Source: Chiloscyllium plagiosum (Eukaryota). From it: a stretch of 60,295 nt of DNA. Position 1 is the stretch's first letter. Each line of letters starts with the position of its first letter. This document shows, piece after piece, positions 1 to 12,662 of this stretch. The notes beneath the pieces were generated by a model, which made no database searches, had not been told where the DNA came from, and was given only the letters and a program-made list of their open reading frames with translations. The stretch is taken from the NCBI RefSeq assembly GCF_004010195.1, contig NC_057759.1, forward strand, positions 2,044,044-2,104,338, in the 5' to 3' direction. The position numbers were made by a program, and so were the translations under genes.

Positions 1-200
1 GCTAACGGTCACTTGGGGCACGAGGCGGCCGTTAACCGCCATCTCGCGCGGGGCCTGAAGCTAAAATGGCGCCGGGGCCACGCGGGAAGGAAAAGCGCCG
101 AGGGAGAGCGGACTGTGTCAACATGTCCCGTTCCCGAGGGTCAGGATGGTGGTTATTGGGGGGTGGAGGGGGACAGGAAAAGTTCCGTCTCCCAGTGAGG
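1..200. promoter_or_regulatory. CpG/GC-rich stretch with YY1-like motif (AAAATGGCG, 63-71); possible promoter or repeat end
   Basis: High CpG density relative to the rest of the window and an AAAATGGCGCC motif; cut by the window edge, no associated gene seen. Confidence 0.25.
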
Positions 201-214
201 CACCTTGTACAAAC

Positions 215-515
215 CGTGACGTCTCTCTATAACTGTTTGAATGTCTATGACTTGCTTTTATTCTCTGACTATATCGATTGATCTTGTACAAACTGCGAGG
301 TCTCTCTCTTTATGTGTCTGTGTCTCTATCTCTCTCTGTTGGACTGTCTATGACTTGCTTTCACTCTATGTCGATTAATCTCGATGACGCTGTGATTTCG
401 TGCCTCTTTCTGACTCGGTTTGATTGTGTTTCTTTATAACTCTACGTCTCTCTGTTTCTCCCTGCCTCTCTATGACCCTCTGACTCTCTCTGTGACCGTG
501 TCTCTCTCTGACTGT
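215..515. repeat. CT-rich low-complexity sequence
   Basis: Repeated tctctc/tctatgac-like units. Confidence 0.6.
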
Positions 516-904
516 ATAGTGAGTACTGTTTGTTGTTGAACACAACAACAACTCCTGCCTTAGAAAAGTGCCTTACAGTTTGGTTTAATCTCAGGTATCC
601 CTGTGTCAGTCCTAGAGCTGAGTGTCCACACTGGAAATGAGGTAGTGGAGGGAGACAGCACCTGGTTAAACCATTCTGTTTGACCCCAGTTGAATATATT
701 TTCTGTAAGGATGGTGAGGAGATTTACTGGGAATACTCCAACCACTGCAGAACTGTACTACAGTTAACAACATCAGCAAAAGTCAAGAGGGCAATTAGCA
801 CTGTGCTGTTTCAAACCAGCAGGCAGAGTGTCTCCTGAACAGCAAATTTATTGCCATTTCGGTGAGTTTTTAAGCAGCTCTATGCAAATTGACATTATCG
901 GAAC

Positions 905-1660
905 AATGTGATAGCACTGGGCTAGCATGCAGAGGGAGATTTACTTGGATGTTGCCTTGCGGGCTGGAGAGTTTCAGTGATGGAGAGAGATTGGACAGAC
1001 TGGGGTTGTTTTCCTTAGAGCAGAGCAAAATGAGAGTGTGGGGACATGATTGAGATGTATAAAATGATGAGGGACGTAGATAGGGTCGACAGGAAGAAAC
1101 GTCCTCCTCTTCCCCCATTTCCCCCCCCCCCCCCCAAGTGGAGGGATGAATGATTGGGGAGGGGCATAGATTTAAGGTATGGGTCAGGAGGTTGAGAGGG
1201 GGATGTGAGGGAAAACATTTTCACCCAGACGGTGGTGGGGAGCCTGGAACTCACTGCTGGTAAAGAGTGGGAGAGGCAGAAGTCCTCATCACATTGAAGA
1301 ACGATTTAGATGTGCATTTGCAATCCAAGGCTAGAGTCAGATTAAGTTGTCCTTGACGTTTCATATGTATATTGCTGCAGAAATAGGGGCTTGGATAAAG
1401 TTTATAGCCAAGGTCTTTTCCCAAGTGCAGGGAGTCCAAAACTAGAGGGCATTGGTTTAAGGTGAGAGGGGAAAGATTTAAAAGTGACCTGAGGGGTAAA
1501 TGTTTCACACACAGGGTGGTGCGTATTTGGAATGAGCTGCCAGAGAAAGCGGTAGAAGTGAGTACAATAACAACCTTTTAAGAGAGATTTGGAAAGATAC
1601 ATGGATAGGAAAGGCTTTGATGGATATGGGCCAAACACAAGCAAATGCGGCTAGTTCCGT
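905..1660 (+). mobile_element. Two degraded CR1 LINE 3' fragments
   Basis: CR1 ORF2-end motifs (RLDRLGLFSLEQ, TRGHWFKVRG, FTHRVVRIWNELP) followed by 3' UTR-like sequence. Confidence 0.8.
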
Positions 1661-2005
1661 TTGGAGACCTTACGACTGGGATTGTGGTATTAGACAACTA
1701 GACAACAGAGAGGTGGTTACTTTTGACTGTCATGGAAGATGTTCAAAGTGAGGTGCGGGATGTTGACAGTATGGTGGGGGGAGGGGAAGTGCGACAGTAA
1801 CCCCCAGGATGGTGATAGTGATGTTAACCCCCAGGATGTTGAATGTGGGGTGAGGGTGGGGACAGTGATGTAACCACTGGGATGTTGATACTGCGGGGAG
1901 TGGGGACCGTGGCAGTCACCCCCAAGATTTGACATTGCAGGGGTTGGGGACAGTGGTAATACCATTGAACATCAAGAAGGCAATGGTTGGATGGTGTACC
2001 ATTTG

Positions 2006-2095
2006 CTGAAAATGTGTTGCTGGAAAACGCAGCAGGTCAGGCAGTATCTAAGGAGCAGGAGAGTCGACGTTTCGGGCATGAGCTCTTCTTCAGGA
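2006..2095 (-). mobile_element. Short PLE-derived insertion with minimal hammerhead motif and 15-bp flanking duplication
   Basis: ATGGTGTACCATTTG at 1991-2005 and 2096-2110; minus strand reads ATTC-CTGAAGA-AGAGCTCATGCCC-GAAACGTC-GACT. Confidence 0.75.
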
Positions 2096-2160
2096 ATGGT
2101 GTACCATTTGGCCATCCATAATTAACAGAAATCTTTCGAAGTGTAGATTTTACAACAGAT

Positions 2161-3343
2161 GGGTGGGCGGTGAGGACAAAGGGGGTTTGTCCTTATTGCG
2201 GTTGGGGGGCTGGGGTTCCAGGGCGGAGGTGCGGGACATGGATGAGATGCATTGGAGGGCATCTTCAACCACGTGGGAGGGGAAATTTCGGTCTTTGAAG
2301 AAGAAGGCTACCTGATGTGTTCTGTGGTGGAACTGGTCTTCCTGGGAGCAGATGCGGTGGAGGCGGAGGAATTGGGAATAGGGGATAGCATTTTTGCGAG
2401 AGGTAAGCTGGGAGGAGGTGTAATCCAGGTAGCTGTGGGAGTTGGTGGGTTTGTAAAAAAAAAAAGCTGTGTTGATTCGGTCCTCTTGGATGGAGATGGA
2501 GAGGTCTAGGAAGGGGAGGGAGGTGTTAGAGATGGTCCAGGTGAATTTAAGGTCAGGGTGGAATATGTTGGTGAAGTTAATTAAATGTTCGACCTCTTCC
2601 TGGAAGCATGAGGTGGCACCGATGTACTCATTAATGTAGCAGAGGAAGAGGTGGGGAGTGGTGCCAGTGTAACTCCAGAAGATGGACTATTCTTTGCAGC
2701 TGAAAAAGAGACAGGCATAGCTGGGACCCATGTGCATGTCCATGGCTACCCCTTTTGTCTGGAGGAAGTTGGAGGATTGGAAGGAGAAATTGTTGAGTGT
2801 AGTGGGAGATCACCTGAGGTGATGAGGTTGTGTATGGTTTGGGAGATGATGTTTTGCTGATGTGGTGTGAGGTCATGGTCGAGGGGGTGGTAGGATGCGG
2901 TGTCTTCGAATTGGCGCCTGGCTTCAGAAGTGTAGAGGTCAGTGTGCCAAACTATCACTGCACCCCCTTTGTCCACTGGTTTGATGGGGACGTTGGGGTT
3001 GAAGTGGAGGGGCTGCACGTTGTAAAGGCGAGAGGTTGGAGTGGGTGAGGCGGTTAATATCACGACGGCAGTTTGAAATGAAGAGGTCAAGGGTGGGTAG
3101 CAGGCCAGCACGGTGTCAGGTGGATGAGGTGTTTTGGACGTGGGAGAAGGAGTCTTTGGTGGGAGGGCGGTTGTCTTCATTGTAAAAGTAGGCACGGAGG
3201 CTGAGACTGCAGAAGAAACGTTCAAGGTTGCAGCATGTGTCAAGCTCATTAATGTGGGACGGTAGATGCCTTTACCGAGGACTAAATGTTCGTCCTCAGT
3301 GAGGAGGAGGTGGTCTGGGGAATGGTGAAGACACAGCAGGGAT
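2161..3343 (-). mobile_element. Degraded Penelope-like element (RT region)
   Basis: Minus-strand translation has IKPVDKGGAVIVW and QKG(V)AMDMHMGPSYACLF; clearly homologous to the PLE at 49229-50765. Confidence 0.85.
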
Positions 3344-3344
3344 G

Positions 3345-4086
3345 GGAGCTAGAGCCTGGAGTGGTGCTAGAGTTCACTATGGTCCTTTTGCATTTTGCAT
3401 AGTGCAGAATCTAACAGGGAGAAATGATATAAAAAGTTGGTCTTCAGAATGCCAAGAGTTTTTGTTTCAGTGCATAGTGATGTACTTTTATGAATTTGGT
3501 GAAGTAACAATCAGTGTAAACTGAATCCACTTGCAACGAAGTGAAAGTGCGATGAACAATTCAACTGCATTGGAGCTGACTGACCATAATGTTCCTTGTA
3601 TAGAAAAGATAGTTGGCTAATTTACTTCTATTTTCTGATGTAGACAGAACATTACCCTGCTCTGTAGTGAGATGATGCACCATTAGTAGTACTCTTACGT
3701 TGCTAAAGGACTTTTTTTTTTGTCATGCAGTGCAGAATATGTAAACTGCCAAATTCAATTTTATGGAACAATCAGCACTGTTCAATTCTGTTTGAAACTA
3801 AAATGAGCAGTTCTACAAACCTACCAATTTTGGCCCTTTCTCTCTCTTTCTCCACTGCTTTGAAGGGTGATTATTAAATTCCACTGATACATTGTGAAAA
3901 TTGCAGCCAGATTTCACGCTTTTTTTTTTAGATACATCCCAAGGAAGGGGAGGAGGAATGCAGAGCTCTTTGTAGAAAATTGCAATCAATTTTGAAAGAA
4001 GAACATAATTATCCAAAAAAAGAGAGTTTCTGGTTGGACTGAACTAGACAAAACAAAGTATTCTGAACTAGACAAAACAAAGTATT
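3345..4086 (-). pseudogene. Decayed large exon of the unidentified multi-copy gene (paralog of 37175 onward)
   Basis: Reverse-complement homology to ~37175-37810; pyrimidine tract plus AG acceptor at 4087-4115; shared peptides LSFLYKEHYGQSAPMQLNCS and ILKTNFLYHFSLLDSAL. Confidence 0.45.
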
Positions 4087-4088
4087 CT
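4041..4088. repeat. Perfect 24-bp tandem duplication
   Basis: GAACTAGACAAAACAAAGTATTCT twice. Confidence 0.9.
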
Positions 4089-4744
4089 ATTGCAATATGA
4101 AGAAATGGAGAATAATGATGTGATAAAGATGGGGATGGCAGCTCCTCTGCTACCATGATCCATTTATGTAAATGGATGCTGGCTGATCAGGATGAAAATT
4201 GTTAGCTGGTTGTTTCTGATCGATGCGGAATCAAAAGGTTTAAAGGGCCTGATTCTGTGCTGTAGGCCTCTCTGACAAGGGATCTGTGGGTAGAAATCAT
4301 TTTGAATGTAACATTTTGCAATGTCAATGGAACAACATGGCTGTTAGACATTGTAACGTGTATGGATGGAGTATGTTTTTGAAAGTCAGCATTAAGTCAG
4401 AGAGAGAGAGAAAGAGACTGTGTGTCTGTCTGTCTTTTGGGGGAGGGGGTGAGGGGGAAATGTTTGGTTACGTACCCACACATTAATCATTCTATGTCAG
4501 ACTTTGATACAAAATGTACACTTGGAATTCATATTATTTGATTGCTGTGTCTATATACATGACAAAAGATAAATTGTCATTCTCAGTTACTGATAGCTGA
4601 AATGTTTCCATCAATATCAATTTGTCCACAATATCTACTTTACACATGGTTGCTCAAAGTAATCGCATCAGCTATTTGTTCGCCTTGATTGTAATATTAA
4701 AACTATTGTTAATAAATGCAGACAATATAAAGATTGGTGAAATT

Positions 4745-6850
4745 GTGGGTAGTGTTAGATTTGGAAGTAGGTGAGCACTTTGGAGACTATGATCACAATT
4801 CATCAGATTTACCTTAGTGATGGAAAGGGATAGGTGTACTCCACCGAGCAAGAGTTACAGCTGGGGGAAGGGAAATTACGATGCAATTAGGAAAAATTTA
4901 GGAAGCGTAGAATGGGGAAGGAAACTGCAGGGGATGAGCACATTAAAAATGTGGAGCTTATTCAAGGAAAAGCTCCTGTGTGTCCTAGATAAGTATGTAC
5001 TTGTCAGACAGAGAGGATGGTATAGAACGCGTGAGCCGTGGTTTACTAAGGAAGTGGAATCCCTGGTCAAGAAGAAGAAGAAGGCTTATGTTAGGACAAG
5101 ATGTGAAAACTCAGTTAGGGTGCTTGAGGGTTACAAGGAAGTCAGGAAAGACCTAAAGAGAGCGCTCAGAAGAGCCAGGAGGAGACATGAGAAGTTGTTG
5201 GCAGATAGGATCAGGGTTAATCCTAAGGCTTTCCATAGGTATGTCAGGAATAAAAGAATGATGAGAGTTGAATTAGGGCTAATCAAGGATAATAGTGGGA
5301 AGTTGTACGTGGAGTCAGAGGAAGCACTAAATAAATATTTTTTGACAGTGCTCACTATAGAAAATGAAAATGTTGGCGAGGAAGATACAGAGATACTTGC
5401 ATCTAGACTAGAAGAGATTGAGGTTCACAAGGAAGAGGTATTAGAAATACTGCAGAGTGTGAAAATAGACAAGTCCCCTGGGCTGGGTGGGATCTATCCT
5501 AAGATCCTCTGGAAAGCAAGGGAAGAGATTGCCGAGCATTTGGCAGTAATCTTCAAATCATCATTGTCTACAGGAATAGTGCATAAGGACTGGAGGATAG
5601 CAAATGTGGTTCCTTTGTTCAAGAAGGGTAGTAGAGACAACCCAGGTAATTACAGACCAGTGAGTCTCACTTCAGTTGTTGGTAAAGGTTATAAGAGATA
5701 GGATTTATAACCATCTAGAAACTAATAATCTGATCAGGGACAGTCAGCTATATAAAATGCGGAGGAATGGGATTGTGGGAGACATAGCAGTTTGGATCAG
5801 TAATTGGCTTGCTGAAAGAAAACAGAGGGTTGTAGTTGATGGAACATGTTCATCTTGGTGTCCAGTTACTAGCGGTGTACGGCAAGGGTCGGTGTAGGGT
5901 TCACTGCTGTTGGTCATTTTTATAAATGACCTGGTTGAGGGCTTAGAAGGGTAGGTAAGTACATTTGCAGACGACACTAAGGTCGGTGGGAGTTGTGGAT
6001 AGTGACGAAGGATGTAGTAGGTTGCAGAGAGACATAGGATGCAGAGCTGGGCTGAGAGCTGGCAAATGGAGTTTAATGTGGACAAGTGTGAGGTGATACA
6101 CTTTGGCTGGAGTAATCAGAATGCAAATGACTGGGTTAATGGTAAGATTCTTGGGAGTGTAGATGAGCAGAGAGATCTCGGTGTCCATGTACACAGATCC
6201 CTGAAAGTTGCCACCCAGATTGACAGGGTTGTTAAGAAGGCATGCAGTGTTTCGGCCTTTATTAAAAGAGGGATTGAGTTCCGGAACCAGGAGGTTATGC
6301 TGCAGCTGTACAAAGCTCTGGTACGGCCACACTTGGAGTATTGTGTAAGGTTCTGGTCACCGCATTATAAGAAGGATGTGGAAGCTTTGGAAAGGGTGCA
6401 GAGGAGATTTAGTAGGATGTTGCCTGGTATGGAAGGAATGTCTTACGAGGAAAGGCTGAGGGCCTTGAGGCTGTTCTCATTAGAGAGAAGAAGGTTGAGA
6501 GGTGACTTAATAGAGACATACAAGATAATCAGAGGGTTAGATAGGGTGGACAGGGAGAGCTTTTTTCCAAGTATGGGGATGGCAAACATGACGGGACACA
6601 ACTTTAAAGTGAAGGGAGATAGGTATAAGACAGATGTCAGAGGTAGTTTCTTTACTCAGAGAGTAGTAAGCGTATAGAATGCTTTGCCTGCGACGGTAGT
6701 AGATTCACCAAGTTTAAGTGCAGTTAAGTCGTCATTGGACAGGCATATGGATGTACATGGGATAGTGGTGAGATGGGCTCAGATTAGTATGACAGGGCGG
6801 TGCAACATCGAGGGCCGAAGGGCCTGTACCGAGCTGTAATGTTCTATGTA
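4745..6850 (+). mobile_element. CR1 LINE ORF2 remnant (post-endonuclease linker, RT, 3' UTR), internally deleted and frameshifted
   Basis: ORFs 4817-5701 and 6039-6677 with KSPGLGGIYP, WRIANVVPLFKKG, NYRPVSLTSVVGK, FADDTK, WQMEFNVDKC, LVRPHLEYC. The QHGF...KAFD part of RT is missing near 5748. Ends in a ttctatgt-type tail. Confidence 0.95.
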
Positions 6851-7170
6851 GAAATTTGTCAAAGGATACAGCAGGAGATAGATCACTTGCAGATATGGGC
6901 GGAGAAATGACATTGAGTTTAATCCAGCAAAGTGTAAGATGCTGGACTTTGGGAGATCAAATGTTAAGGATAGATGCGCAGTAAATGGCTGGACTCAGAA
7001 GGATCTTGCGGTTCAAGTCTATAGCTCTCTGAAAGTGGCAAGTAGTTAGGGTGGTATCTAGAGGAAGGTGTCTGGCATGCTTGCCTTATTGATCGGGGAA
7101 TTGAGTACAAGAGTCAGGATGTCATACTGCAGCTTTATAAGACTTTGGTTCGGCCATACTTACAGTGTTG
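6851..7170 (+). mobile_element. Second CR1 RT fragment
   Basis: Degenerate W..EFNP.KC and LYKTLVRPYLQCC motifs. Confidence 0.75.
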
Positions 7171-7324
7171 TGACAAAAGATTAATTCTGTCCTTCTCCGT
7201 TACTGATAGCTGAAATGTTTCCTTCAATATTTGTACTAGCTATCTACTTCATATATAGTTGTTCAAACTAACAGCATTGTCTATTTGTTCACCTCGATTG
7301 TAATGTTAAAAGTATCCTTACTAA

Positions 7325-8087
7325 AGTACAGAACCCATGAGGACAATCTCAATCGGGACCTTAGGTTCCTGTCACAATGTACACTCTCTCGCTCACACAC
7401 ACACACTCATGCAGGCCCTCTCATCCACACATACATACACCCCCACACTCTCACCAATGCATGCACCCTCTCACAGGCTTATACTCTGTCACACTCATAC
7501 ACACTTTACCAAGCATCCATACACATATTTGCATGCGTACTCACATTCAAATGCTCTCTCTCTCACACACTCAAATGCTCTCAGTCTCTCTCATACATAC
7601 ACAAGTCTCTGGGGTGAATTTGCATTTGCAGAATTATATTTGCAAATACATTCTATTTTGCTCAAAAAGAGCACAATCTGCAGGCAGTCAATCCATGTAA
7701 TATTTTATAATTTCCTACTTTGGTAATAGGACCAGTCTGATTCAAGATTGGGATACAGACAGACTCTAACCTCACACCTATCTGAGTTGAGATGTCACCC
7801 TTCTTTTTCAATAAAACCCGAAGTCATCTTGAGAATGTGACTTAAAAGAAGTTCTTGGATGTATATATTAATGAACTGAAACCTGAAACCCATTCTAAAA
7901 GCTGAAATACTGAACAGCAATCTAGGTTTGTTCAATATATCATTTCAGTTGCATGACACTGTAATCTTTTGCAATAAATTCTGTGGCTCACGATTCTGTT
8001 TCACAGTTACCTGATGAAGGAGCAGCGATCTGAAAGATAGTACTTCCAAATTAACCTTCTGGACAATAATCTGGTGTTGTGATTTTT
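7325..8087 (+). mobile_element. PLE 3' end (GIY-YIG C-terminus, CA/CT microsatellite, pseudo-LTR with degenerate hammerhead)
   Basis: KYRTHEDNLNRDLRFLSQ resembles PLE endonuclease ends; (CA)n-rich 7380-7605; CTGATGA-AGGAGCAGCGATCT-GAAAGATA at ~8011-8040. Confidence 0.7.
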
Positions 8088-8262
8088 CAAATGTGGTTGC
8101 CACATTACAGGAAGGATGTGGAGGATTTAGAGAGGGTGCAGAAGAGGTTTGCCAGAATGTCGTCTAACAGGTATGAGCGACAAAGAGATGCTAGAAAAAC
8201 CCAAGTAGTTTTCTTCTGAGCAGCAGAGGCCGAGGACAGACTTAATAGAAGTCTATAAAATT

Positions 8263-8830
8263 GTAAGAGTTGTAGCTCAGGTTAAGGTTCTGGTTCTAGA
8301 TTTTCTCGCTGAGCTGGAAGGTTCATTTTCAGATGTTTTGTCACCATACTAGGTACCCTTATCAGTGAGCTTCCGGATGAATCACTGGTGGTATGGCCCG
8401 TTTTGTATTTATGTGTCCACTACATTTGACAAACAGGCAGAAAACAGGATCCATGAACATCAACTAGCCACAAAAAGACATGACCTACTCTCACTAGTAT
8501 CCTTACATACAGATAAGGAAGGACACCACTTCGACTGGGATAACACATTCATCCTAGGGCAAGTCAAACCAAGACGCACGAGAATTCTAAGAAGCATGGT
8601 ATTCCAACCGGAACTCCATCAACAAACAAACTTGTATCCCATTTACCACCTTGGGGAAAATGAACACTAAATGACATCACCACAGGAAATGACATCACCA
8701 ACCCAAGGAAACCTAAACATATAAACAGAAAGCAGGCCATACCACCAGTGCTTCATCCGGAGGCTGATTGATGATTACCTACAAAACGTTTGAAAGCAAA
8801 CCTTCTATCTCAGTGAGCAAACCCATATCC
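8263..8830 (+). mobile_element. Non-autonomous PLE with inverted termini and GIY-YIG remnant, inserted in a CR1 fragment
   Basis: RIHEHQLATKRHDLLSLVSLHTDKEGHHFDWDNT; CTCGCTGAGCTGGAAGGTT (~8305) inverted vs AACCTTCTATCTCAGTGAG (~8800); AGAAGTCTATAAAATT at 8247-8262 and 8831-8846. Confidence 0.8.
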
Positions 8831-8940
8831 AGAAGTCTATAAAATTATGAGATGTATGTTTAAGATAGATGGTCAGCACTTTTTTCCAAGAGCTGAAATT
8901 TCTAAAACTAAGAGGCGTGCATATAAGGTGAGACGAGGAA

Positions 8941-9331
8941 AGTTCAAAGGAGACCTAAGGACCTCTTTTAACGTAGAGAGTGGTAGGAGTGAAATGCACT
9001 GCCAGGGGTGGTGATGGAGGCAGATGCGATTTAAAAAGTATTGAGGGGGCATAAAAAATAAGCAAATTAACATGCAAAAAATTTGGGATATGGACCATGG
9101 GCAGGCAGAAGGGATTAAATTTCATTTGGCATCATGAGTTCAAAGGAGACCTAAGGACCTCGTTTAACGTAGAGAGTGGTAGGAGTGAAATGCACTGCCA
9201 GGGGTGGTGATGGAGGCAGATGCGATTAAAAAGTATTGAGGGGGCATAAAAAATAAGCAAATTAACATGCAAAAAATTTGGGATATGGACCATGGGCAGG
9301 CAGAAGGGATTAAATTTCATTTGGCATCATG
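8941..9331 (+). repeat. Near-perfect ~196-bp tandem duplication of a CR1 3' end
   Basis: Unit 8941-9136 repeated from 9137. Confidence 0.9.
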
Positions 9332-9617
9332 TTCGGCACAACATCGTGGGCTGAAGGATCCATTCCTGTGCAGTACCGTTTGATGTTCAGATTTAATGCA
9401 GTGTACATTTTGGATGAGGATTCATTCAAATTGATTGGAACTGGGTTGCATGCATTGAGAATAAAGTTAAAAAAAATATATAAACTTCTATTTCCTTGGT
9501 GGTGTTTGCCTCTTGGTTTGAACATATCTCTCTGGAAATGGAGCTCAATGTGAGTCTGACTCAATCCACTCTGTGACTGTGGAAAGGATGTTCTTCACTC
9601 TGATCACAGTAACATAC

Positions 9618-9699
9618 CTGCTGTTTGTTTGAAGCAGCTGGTCACACTTGGCTCTGTACTGAGGGAAGATTACATTATCTTGGTCCTTTGAGTACTTGC
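9618..9699 (-). other. 82-nt candidate exon of the multi-copy gene (copy 1)
   Basis: Minus strand: ctcttctgtcttcctccAG acceptor ... CAG|GTATGT donor. Confidence 0.6.
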
Positions 9700-10094
9700 C
9701 TGGAGGAAGACAGAAGAGATACCTCTTGTAAATCAACATCAGCTGTGATTGGTAACATCAATGTAACATTCAGCCCATCTTGTCTGTGCCAACACCACCA
9801 AACCCAGGTGCTCTTTCTCATCCCACCATCCTGCCACAGCCGTAACCTTGCAGTTTACAACACTTGACGTGGAGTTCCAGGGAATGTTTGTTTAAAAAAA
9901 ATGTAAGGTCTCTGCCTGCACCCCCAAATAAGGCAGCGAATTCCAGATACCCATCACTCTCTCCATTTAAAAAAAAATTTTTCCTCATATCCTCAAATCC
10001 TACAACCACTGAGCTTGAATCGGTGATCCCTGGTTTTTGAACTCTGCCAAAGTAAACAGGTCCCTCCTGTCTAATGTCTCCCTCTCACTAGTTA

Positions 10095-10180
10095 GTTAAA
10101 AATCACACAACATCAGATTATAATTCAACAGGTTTATATGGAAGTGCAAGCTTTCGGAGTGCTGCTCCTTCATCAGGTAG
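10095..10180 (-). mobile_element. Short PLE-end insertion with intact hammerhead core (family B)
   Basis: Minus strand CTAC-CTGATGA-AGGAGCAGCACTCC-GAAAGCTT-GCAC at 10141-10180. Confidence 0.7.
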
Positions 10181-10194
10181 CTCACTATTTAGTA

Positions 10195-10396
10195 CAGTCG
10201 ACCCCTGTACCTGTGGGGGATATGTTCCAGGATCGACAGCGGAAACGCAAAACCGCATATAGGTGCAAAATCATTCATTTAAATGGGAAATGTCTTCCCG
10301 GCAGCCTTCTGGTCCCTGGTTCTGGAACATTCCCTTTGATATACTCGGACCACGGTAAACCGCGATAACTGGACCCATGAGTACGGGGTCACCCGG
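10195..10396. mobile_element. Tigger/pogo-like MITE
   Basis: TA-flanked; imperfect terminal inverted repeats CAGTCGACCCCTGTAC ... GTACGGGGTCACCCGG. Confidence 0.6.
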
Positions 10397-10399
10397 TAT

Positions 10400-11137
10400 T
10401 CCTTAATCGTGGCACCTTTGTTCCAAAGAATACAACCCCTTCAATCTTTCCTGATAGCTCCAATTCTGGCAACATTCTTGTAAATCTCCTCTCCACTCTA
10501 TCCACAGCAATGACGTCCTTCCTGTGATGTGGTGACCCAACTGCACACAATACTCCTGTTGAAGCCACCAGTGCCTCATACAGTTTCATTGTTACTTCCC
10601 GATTTTTGTATTCACCCCTCTGCCAATGAAGGAGAGCATTCCATGTGCCTTCTTTACAACCCCATCTATATTATGTACGTGTGCATTTGCACACTAAGAT
10701 CACTCACTTCACCTGTCCCTCTCAGTATATTCCTATGTATTGACTATTTCCATTTATTGTCTGACTTCCCAAAATGCATTCCCTGACAATTATCAGAGCT
10801 GAACTCCATCTGCCACTTTCTTGCCCATTCCACCAAACCATCTATCTCGTTTTGGAGCTTACAGCTATCCTCCACACTATCCACTACACAGCCAATTTTT
10901 GTGTTGTCTGCAAAGTTCACAAATTTGCCCATCATATTCAACTCCATATCATCAATGTATAAAACAAATAGCAGAGGTCCTAACACTGAGCCATGCAGAG
11001 CACCACTTAAATCAACTTTCCATTCACAATGGCCGGCATTGATCATTATCCTTTCTTTCCTGTGACTAGCCAACTTTGGATCCAATTCAACACATTACCC
11101 TGTATCCCATGGGCTTTTACTTCTTGGAGCAGTCTGC
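10400..11137 (-). mobile_element. CR1 RT fragment (mirror of 57572-58290)
   Basis: GSVLGPLLFVLYIDD, FADNTKIG, WQMEFS. Confidence 0.85.
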
Positions 11138-11753
11138 TGTGATGCTACTGCTCCTTTAACAAGCTTGTAAAAGACACAGGCTCTGAAAAGTCAGAGTTGA
11201 TGGGTTTTAGGGCCATTTTGATTATAGCTAACAGATAATTATCCAGGCAAAAGGCTTCCACATTTTTAAAAAGAACACAATGAAAGGGGAGTGGCTCAGC
11301 TTTTCTCTGGCTTGATTTGATTTTTGGCTGTCTGGCTATTGACTGAAAGCAGTCAGGCAGTTGAAAAAGCTGCGGAACCCAAAGAAGTAGGTCCATGATG
11401 GTACTCTTTTTCTGACATCTCTCCTGTAAGACCCTGTTGTTTGATTTTACCTTTTGTGCTAAGCGGTATTTATGGGGATTGTTGTAAATGTTGGGAACAC
11501 CATCATTAAATTGGTATAATCTGTTCGGTTTTCAGATTTTTAAGTTATTTAGTATTCTACTCTCTTTTGTTTGTGTATCATTTGGTAAATTTATAAATCA
11601 AACTGTTTCTTTAAAACTACTGGTTTGACCAGCTGCATTCCTCCTGGAATATCTTCATTACACCTGCTTAAAACAACTAGCAAAGTTAGGGTCTGGTTTA
11701 CTTTCTTGATATGTTTGGAGAGGGTTTGGCCTTTTCCATAACAGATTGGGGGC

Positions 11754-11754
<1 letters not shown>
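11138..11754 (+). mobile_element. LTR (11138-11743) plus truncated tRNA-Pro primer-binding site; internal region deleted
   Basis: TG...CA ends, then GAT-TGGGGGCT; reverse-complement match to the LTR at 56913-57571. Confidence 0.75.
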
Positions 11755-11800
<46 letters not shown>

Positions 11801-12389
11801 GAGATGAATGTTTTGAATTTATTTGCATTTTGGGACCTTATGATCATTTTGAGTAGCCATCACTGATTATGAAATGCAAACTCTAAAATGTAATATTGAT
11901 GAAGCTTTAACTTACTTGGTGTTCCTACACGCCATGTCTGCCCCACTGTCAATTCTAACTTGTCAGATCGTCTGTCTTCTTTGAATTTGAATCACAACCC
12001 TGAAAAGAAAGCATGTTTAACTTGAGATGAATGAATCATTTAAAATTTAACCTTTCGGCCTCAGGTACAGAATGTTTTTGTGTTTAAGCTAAAAAGCAGG
12101 AGTCTGCTCCTAGCTTAAAAAACTATTCTAAACCTAATATTGAAGAGATTCTGACACAATGTCAGGAAGCCATTTTATGGTCAAAGCTTGCCCTGCTTAC
12201 TAAGATGCCATTTTGTAAAACAGTGATATCTGACATGCAAGCTGTGTAAGGTTACCTTATGACCTCTCCCATTTAGTTTAGACTGATACCTCTTTATGAT
12301 AGGGACTTACCTCACCTACAGGCAGTGACTCGGCTGGATCTGTTTTTCCCACCTGATGGATGGCTAAGGGTCTACAGGAGTGATCACAC

Positions 12390-12662
12390 AGATTTAGATT
12401 ACAGTGTGGAAACAGGCCCTTCGGCCCAACAAGTCCACACCGACCCGCCGAAGCCCAACCCACCCAGACCAATTCCCCTATACCTAACACTATGGGCAAT
12501 TTAGCATGGCCAATTCACCTAACCTGCACACTTTTGGATTGTGGGAGGAAACCCACGCAGACACGGGCAGAATGTGTAAACTCCACACAGTCACCTGAGG
12601 TGGGAATTGAACCCGGATCTCTGGCGCTGTGAGGCAGTAGTGCTAACCACTGTGTCACCGTG
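12390..12662 (-). mobile_element. tRNA-derived SINE (HE1-like)
   Basis: A/B-box head (CAGTGGTTAGCAC..., GGGTTCAATTCC) and CR1-like 3' tail. Confidence 0.85.

Noticed and set aside
4817..6677. Active LINE reverse transcriptase
   Set aside because: Frameshifts, stops and deletion of core RT motifs; no endonuclease N-terminus or ORF1
7285..7726. His/Thr-rich ORFs in three frames
   Set aside because: Translation of a (CA)n/(CT)n microsatellite in a PLE 3' region
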